This document shows, one piece after another, positions 27,047 to 32,000 of a stretch of DNA of 32,000 nucleotides. The translations under genes and the position numbers were made by a program. Within the stretch, counting starts at the first letter, position 1. Every line of letters starts with the position of its first letter. The DNA is from Staphylothermus hellenicus DSM 12710. GTDB taxonomy: Archaea; Thermoproteota; Thermoprotei_A; Sulfolobales; Desulfurococcaceae. The notes under the pieces were generated by a model. That model ran no database searches, was not told the DNA's origin, and worked only from the letters and a program-made list of their open reading frames with translations. The DNA lies in contig NC_014205.1 of assembly GCF_000092465.1 (NCBI RefSeq), forward strand, positions 1,440,001-1,472,000, given 5' to 3'.

Positions 27047-27556
27047 TTAAGAACGGCATTCTCTAAGAATTCTTCTTAAAGCAACCACTCTATGTGCTAA
27101 ACGAATAGGTATGTTTAGAGAATTAGCGAGATCTTCTGGTTGAAACTCTGTTTGAACATTTAATTCGTATTCTACTAGTTTGTTGTATAGGTCTTCTGGC
27201 ACGGTATATGTTGATATACGTGTTCTCCTAATTATTGCTACGAAGTATGTCTTACCTATTTTTAATACATGGGTTTTACCTGTTGTACAGTGATCAAGCA
27301 ATAATTTCTCAATATGCTTCGAATACTCTTCTTTAATAACATGTTTTTCTCCTCGTTTCTCAACAATATTGTTCTTAGCCAGCCACCACAGTGCTCTCTT
27401 TATAATTTGTGTTCTAACACCTACTAGTTTTCTCAGCTCTTCTATTGTGAGGCCTGAATAGGTGTAAATATAATATATGAAGGGTATAAGCCATGGACGC
27501 TTAGTCATCAATGTTATAACTACGGCTTTACCACTGATCTCATCATTTTCACTCAT
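27047..27556 (-). CDS. hypothetical winged-HTH protein (putative regulator)
   Basis: 169 aa. LTIEELRKLVGVRTQIIKRALWWLAKNNIVEKRG is wHTH-like, and there is a second HTH-like segment near the C-terminus. No family recognised. Confidence 0.4.
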   Translation of the reverse strand: MSENDEISGKAVVITLMTKRPWLIPFIYYIYTYSGLTIEELRKLVGVRTQIIKRALWWLAKNNIVEKRGEKHVIKEEYSKHIEKLLLDHCTTGKTHVLKIGKTYFVAIIRRTRISTYTVPEDLYNKLVEYELNVQTEFQPEDLANSLNIPIRLAHRVVALRRILRECRS

Positions 27557-27632
27557 ATAGTAGCACCCCTTAATTATTTATTATTGGCTAATACTATAAT
27601 ATTATAATACTATGTCTTAAAGGCGAACAGGC

Positions 27633-28892
27633 ATGGAGTATAGAGTTAAGAGTATGGAACTAGCTGAACAAGGCAAGTTGAAGATTGAATGGGCAGAAAA
27701 CCATATGCCAGTATTAATGCTTTTAAGGAAGAAATATTCTGAGTCGAAACCACTTAGAGGATTAAGAATTGGCGCGGTACTACATGTAACAAAGGAAACA
27801 GCTGTTTTAATGAAGGCTTTGAAGGATGCTGGCGCAGAAGACGTGGTGTTGGCTGCTAGTAATCCTTTGTCTACACAGGATGATGTAGCTGCTGCATTGG
27901 TAGAGTATGGTATACGAGTTTATGCTTGGAGAGGTATGAGTAGCGAAGAATACTATTGGTGCATAAACCAAGTGGTTAGGAGTAATCCTGATATAGTATT
28001 AGATGACGGCGGAGATCTACATGCAACTATTCATAGGGAACACTTGGATCTGGCTGATAAGATAATTGGTGGAACAGAGGAGACAACAACTGGTGTTATA
28101 AGGCTTAAAGCATTGGAGAGGGATGGATTACTGAAATACCCTGTTATCGCTGTTAATAATGCATATACTAAACACTTGTTCGACAATAGGTATGGGACAG
28201 GGCAGAGTACATTTGATGGAATACTTAGAGCTACAAACATATTAATTGCTGGTAAAGTAGTTGTTGTAGCCGGTTATGGATGGGTTGGTAGAGGAATAGC
28301 TATGCGTGCCAGGGGACTGGGTGCGCGTAGAGTCATTGTCACCGAGGTTGACCCTGTTCGTGCATTAGAAGCAGTATTTGATGGATTCGAGGTAATGCCT
28401 ATGATTGAAGCAGCAAAGGTTGGTGATATATTTATTACCGCAACAGGTGACAAGGCTGTTATTAGAAAGGAGCATATGGAGAAAATGAAGGATGGAGCAA
28501 TACTAGCTAATGCCGGCCACTTCAACGTCGAAATATGGATACCAGATCTAGAATCTTTATCTGCGGGTAAGAGATTGATCAGACCCAATGTTACAGAGTA
28601 TAAGCTAAGAGACGGCAGAAGAATCTATCTATTAGCAGAAGGCAGACTAGTAAACTTAGTAGCAGCAGAAGGTCATCCCAGCGAAGTAATGGATATGAGT
28701 TTTGCAAACCAGTTCCTAGCCGTAAAATACTTATATGATAACAGAGGGAAGCTGCCGCCAAAAGTTTTCAATCCACCGCTAGAACTAGATGAAAGAGTTG
28801 CTAGATTAAAACTGGAATCAATGAATATAGAAATAGATAAGCTTACAAAGGAGCAAGAAGAATACCTTAAATCATGGACTCTCGGAACATAA
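27633..28892 (+). CDS. ahcY: adenosylhomocysteinase (SAH hydrolase)
   Basis: 419 aa. [18 protein letters not shown] and the [11 protein letters not shown]-binding motif. Confidence 0.95.
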   Translation: MEYRVKSMELAEQGKLKIEWAENHMPVLMLLRKKYSESKPLRGLRIGAVLHVTKETAVLMKALKDAGAEDVVLAASNPLSTQDDVAAALVEYGIRVYAWRGMSSEEYYWCINQVVRSNPDIVLDDGGDLHATIHREHLDLADKIIGGTEETTTGVIRLKALERDGLLKYPVIAVNNAYTKHLFDNRYGTGQSTFDGILRATNILIAGKVVVVAGYGWVGRGIAMRARGLGARRVIVTEVDPVRALEAVFDGFEVMPMIEAAKVGDIFITATGDKAVIRKEHMEKMKDGAILANAGHFNVEIWIPDLESLSAGKRLIRPNVTEYKLRDGRRIYLLAEGRLVNLVAAEGHPSEVMDMSFANQFLAVKYLYDNRGKLPPKVFNPPLELDERVARLKLESMNIEIDKLTKEQEEYLKSWTLGT

Positions 28893-28968
28893 TATCATAT
28901 ATTGAGAAAAACAGATAACATATAAATCCCCCAATAATATTTAACAAAATAGGGAAGACGGGCACCGG

Positions 28969-29042
28969 GGGCCCGTAGCTCAGCCAGGTAGAGCGCCGGG
29001 CTCATAACCCGGTGGTCGGGGGTTCGAATCCCCCCGGGCCCA
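28969..29042 (+). tRNA. tRNA with CAU anticodon (elongator Met or Ile2)
   Basis: GGGCCCG/TA/GCTC-AGCCAGGTA-GAGC/G/CCGGG-CTCATAA-CCCGG/TGGTC/GGGGG-TTCGAAT-CCCCC/CGGGCCC-A. No intron. Confidence 0.9.
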
Positions 29043-29134
29043 TATACTTTTATTTTATTCGCGAATAATACTGGATATTCCAATAGATCAGAAACGTGTT
29101 GTGGTCTAACATAGAATAAATATAAAATAATATG

Positions 29135-30136
29135 TTATTTCTTAATGTTTTGCAGAATATACTTAAATGCCGCATCTGCTGCTTTTGCTCCTTCTGCAGC
29201 TGCTGTGATTATTTGTTCAAATCTATACTTGCATTGTCCTCCGGCAGCGTCTCCTGCAACATATACTCCTGGGAGATTAGTTGATTGATCAGGTCCTACT
29301 TTTGCATAACCATATTCATCTGTTTCTATACCGATTTTCTCGAAGAGCTCCTTCGGCGGTATAAGCCCTATTTCCACAAAGACACCGTCAACTTCAAATA
29401 TTTTCTCCTCTCCTGTTGCTTTATTGTATAGTTTTACCGCTCTAACTTTCGTATCCCCAATTATTTCTTTGATCACAGTATTTGTTATGAATTCTATTTT
29501 TGGATTCTGCTTAGCCTTCTCAATGTATGCTGGGAATGCTCTGAATTGTTCTCTCCTATGTATTATATATACTTTTGAGGCTAGTGAAGCAAGGTATAGT
29601 GCTGAGGAGAAAGCCGAGTTTCCTCCTCCAACAACTGCTACTACTTTGCCTTTAAACAATGGGCCATCACATGTTGCACAGTAAGAAATTCCTCTCCCAG
29701 CTAATTTATCCTCGCCGGGGACACCAAGCTTTCTTTTCTCACTACCTATTGCATAGATGACTGTGTATCCACAAATTGTTCTCCGAGTAGTTCTAAGCTC
29801 TACACACCAAAGATTGTTTTTCCTAGTCATATTAATGACTTCATCAATTATTATGGGAACATTGTATTTTCTAACATGTTTAGCGAACCTATCAACTAAT
29901 TCGTTACCCGGGATTTCGGGTAATCCAGGATAATCATCAACAATGGGAGCCTCCGTTACTAAGCCTCCTAAAAGCTTCGTTATCACTATTGCTTGTAACT
30001 GGTATCTAGCAGCATATAATGCTGCTGTTAATCCAGCCGGTCCTCCGCCAACAACGACTACATCATATGTTTTTTCCTCTTTCTTTGAAGGTGTCGGAAT
30101 TATACCTGTTAATCTAAATCGAACACTAGCAGTCAT
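29135..30136 (-). CDS. trxB: thioredoxin reductase-like FAD/NAD(P) oxidoreductase
   Basis: YDVVVVGGGPAGLTAALYAAR (FAD motif), redox CATCDG, VVGGGNSA (NADPH motif) and GVYVAGD. ATG 30136 is preferred; the ORF extends to TTG 30160. Confidence 0.85.
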   Translation of the reverse strand: MTASVRFRLTGIIPTPSKKEEKTYDVVVVGGGPAGLTAALYAARYQLQAIVITKLLGGLVTEAPIVDDYPGLPEIPGNELVDRFAKHVRKYNVPIIIDEVINMTRKNNLWCVELRTTRRTICGYTVIYAIGSEKRKLGVPGEDKLAGRGISYCATCDGPLFKGKVVAVVGGGNSAFSSALYLASLASKVYIIHRREQFRAFPAYIEKAKQNPKIEFITNTVIKEIIGDTKVRAVKLYNKATGEEKIFEVDGVFVEIGLIPPKELFEKIGIETDEYGYAKVGPDQSTNLPGVYVAGDAAGGQCKYRFEQIITAAAEGAKAADAAFKYILQNIKK

Positions 30137-30336
30137 AGTCTCACCCACCCATGTTCGCAAACCATTAAATCCCTACGCATCTATTTAGATAACCACGTAT
30201 TAAATTAGCGCAAAGAAACTATTTGATTAATAAAGAATATATAATGTCATTTATATAATTGGTGTTTACAAATAGCCCGGGGTTTTTAAATCATTCATTT
30301 CTAGCTTTGGAAGAGAATAAAAAGATTCTCTTAATT

Positions 30337-30963
30337 CTACATATTTAGGTCTAGTACTTTTTCAGCAATATATGTTGCATGATCACCTATGCGTTCTATA
30401 TGTCTTGCTAATATTGTTTTTGCAGCGAAATACTTAGGCACCTTCTCCATTTCTTTAAGCTTCTTTAAATAACTAATATAGAGGTTGTCAAGTTTATTAT
30501 CCATATCTAAAACTTTTCTTGCTATATCAATATTGTTTTCTATAAAACTTTGAATAGCTAGTTTAACCATTTCTGTGGCCCATATGAATCCTTCTCTGAG
30601 ATCGTGGAATGTTTCATTTGTGAAATTATCAATTATGTTGTCGATTCTACTTATTTCTCCACAGTACCTGCTAATCCTGTATATGTCATAGTATACATTA
30701 ATATAAGCTTCAACAAGCTTTAATTCTCTACCTAGCGGTTGAAATCTTGCAATATATATCAATGCTTCAATGAATGCATCGCGTCTAATAATCTCAATGG
30801 TATTAATTAATTCCTCAATGTTTTTCCTAGCATCTCTCCTGAAATCTTCGTTGGGCTCGCTGAATAATTTCCCAGTATAATCTAGTATTTTATGGATAAT
30901 ATCCTTCATATCGTTGAGTATTTTAACTAATTTATGAAATTCCTTTTCAAGATAAGTATTCAA
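30337..30963 (-). CDS. phoU: phosphate uptake regulator PhoU
   Basis: Two PhoU repeats ending in ARHIERIGDHATYIAEKV. The TTG at 30963 lies 1 nt after the pstB stop. The ORF extends to ATG 31044 inside pstB. Confidence 0.8.
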   Translation of the reverse strand: MNTYLEKEFHKLVKILNDMKDIIHKILDYTGKLFSEPNEDFRRDARKNIEELINTIEIIRRDAFIEALIYIARFQPLGRELKLVEAYINVYYDIYRISRYCGEISRIDNIIDNFTNETFHDLREGFIWATEMVKLAIQSFIENNIDIARKVLDMDNKLDNLYISYLKKLKEMEKVPKYFAAKTILARHIERIGDHATYIAEKVLDLNM

Positions 30964-30964
30964 T

Positions 30965-31717
30965 TTATATCCCTCCTTTAAGGAATTTCTGGGTAAGTTC
31001 GTTTTGTGGATTGATAAGTATTTGTTTCGATGGTCCTTGCTCAATTATTCTGCCCATGTATAAAAATGCTATATAGTCGGAGATACGTGTGGCTTGATGC
31101 GGTGAATGTGTTACCATTATTATTGTTAACTGGTTTTTAAGCGATATTAATGCCTCCTCTATTTTCCATGTATTAACAGGGTCTATGTTAGCGGTAGGCT
31201 CGTCTAGTAGTAGCAACTTAGGTTTTAAAGCTAATGCTCTTGCAAGACATAGTCTCTGTCTCTGTCCCCCACTAAGTTTTGATGGCAGCTCACGCAGTCT
31301 ATCCTTAACTTCATCCCACAGCATCGCAGTTTTTAATGACCACTCAACTATCTTATCTAATTCCTTCCTATTTTTTGCGACGCCGTTAAGCTTAGCCCCT
31401 AACGCTACATTGTCATATATGCTTAAATGTGGGAAGGGGTTTGGTGTTTGGAAAACCATTCCTATATGTTTACGCAGTATGTATGGGTCCACACTATAAA
31501 TATCCTTGCCGAGAACATAGACCTTGCCTTCAACCTTGGAAAATGGTATGAGATCTATTAATCTATTTATTACTCTTAATAATGTGCTTTTCCCAGAACC
31601 GCTTGGGCCCATGATTGTAAATATCGTGTTTGCCGGGATCTTCAGGTTCACATTATCAAGGATCTTTTTTCCTCTAATAAATACATTAAGCCCATTAATC
31701 TCCACAGCATACCTCAT
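30965..31717 (-). CDS. pstB: phosphate ABC transporter ATP-binding protein PstB
   Basis: Walker A GPSGSGKST, signature LSGGQRQRLCLARAL, Walker B LLLDEP and PstB-type VTHSPHQATRISDY. The ATG at 31717 overlaps the pstA stop (ATGA). Confidence 0.9.
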   Translation of the reverse strand: MRYAVEINGLNVFIRGKKILDNVNLKIPANTIFTIMGPSGSGKSTLLRVINRLIDLIPFSKVEGKVYVLGKDIYSVDPYILRKHIGMVFQTPNPFPHLSIYDNVALGAKLNGVAKNRKELDKIVEWSLKTAMLWDEVKDRLRELPSKLSGGQRQRLCLARALALKPKLLLLDEPTANIDPVNTWKIEEALISLKNQLTIIMVTHSPHQATRISDYIAFLYMGRIIEQGPSKQILINPQNELTQKFLKGGI

Positions 31718-32000
31718 AGTTCCACTCTCTTCACAAATGCTCTTAGAGTTATGAATAATGCAAGGTATATCGACAAAAGCACTAGTGCTGCTCCCCAAGC
31801 AACTCTATGGTATATTTCATATGGTGTTTGAGCAAATTCATATATTAGTAGAGGTATAGCATCTATTGGTTGATCTAATCCTCTAAAATACGTATACTTA
31901 CTACCACCTATAGTGAATAGTAATGGTGCTGTTTCTCCAGACGCCTTAGCTAAACCTATAAGTATGCCTGCTACTATGCCTCTACGTGTAATGCCTACGA
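31714..32000 (-). CDS. pstA: phosphate ABC transporter permease PstA, C-terminal part (5' end outside window)
   Basis: My own translation of the minus strand gives ..GIVAGILIGLAKASGETAPLLFTIGG...AWGAALVLLSIYLALFITLRAFVKRVEL*. This carries the EAA-loop-type permease motif of PstA/PstC. Confidence 0.8.
   Translation of the reverse strand, partial: VGITRRGIVAGILIGLAKASGETAPLLFTIGGSKYTYFRGLDQPIDAIPLLIYEFAQTPYEIYHRVAWGAALVLLSIYLALFITLRAFVKRVEL

Noticed and set aside
28969-29042. Initiator tRNA-Met assignment
   Set aside because: It has three G:C pairs at the base of the anticodon stem, but a G1:C72 acceptor pair rather than the A1:U72 typical of archaeal initiators. It is left as elongator Met or Ile2(CAU).
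28895-29083. 62-aa minus-strand ORF
   Set aside because: It is antisense to, and fully overlaps, the tRNA(CAU) gene, so it is spurious.
30300-30336. Hairpin AAGAGAAT-CTTTTT-ATTCTCTT just downstream of phoU as a terminator
   Set aside because: It is plausible, since a T5 run sits in the loop on the transcribed strand. However, archaeal termination depends on T-runs rather than hairpins, and a 7-8-bp AT-rich stem is weak evidence. It is not listed as a feature.

Overview
AT-rich archaeal chromosome segment, probably from a hyperthermophilic crenarchaeon of the Desulfurococcales type (inferred from gene content and from RNA genes that stand out as GC-rich islands). It is mostly dense housekeeping genes. 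These include Tsr3, MscS, LSm plus L37e, a PUA protein, long FKBP, glycerol-1-phosphate dehydrogenase, two proteasome beta paralogs, aCPSF1/FttA, NMN adenylyltransferase, RtcA, a NOG1-like GTPase, endonuclease V, SAH hydrolase, thioredoxin reductase and a pstA(partial)-pstB-phoU operon. An ~8 kb surface-glycan cluster spans 7302-15349. It has a GT-B-like protein, GT4, GT2, two paralogous AlkP/NPP-fold enzymes and a Wzx-like flippase. RNA genes not in the ORF track are a type-A archaeal RNase P RNA (~3573-3926, +), tRNA-Ala(UGC) with a 39-nt intron, tRNA-Arg(GCG) with a 22-nt intron, and tRNA-Met/Ile2(CAU). The most unusual region is the ~0.9 kb non-coding stretch 2665-3572. Two inverted boxes resembling archaeal origin recognition boxes (ORBs) flank a ~160-bp very AT-rich core, which makes it a candidate replication origin. 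No orc1/cdc6 gene lies in the window. This core sits inside six copies of a GC-rich ~60-90-nt repeat built around an AACC-N4-GGTT palindrome. The repeats include a 28-nt perfect inverted pair and a ~20-bp hairpin. No CRISPR array, integrase, transposase or recognisable defence system was seen.
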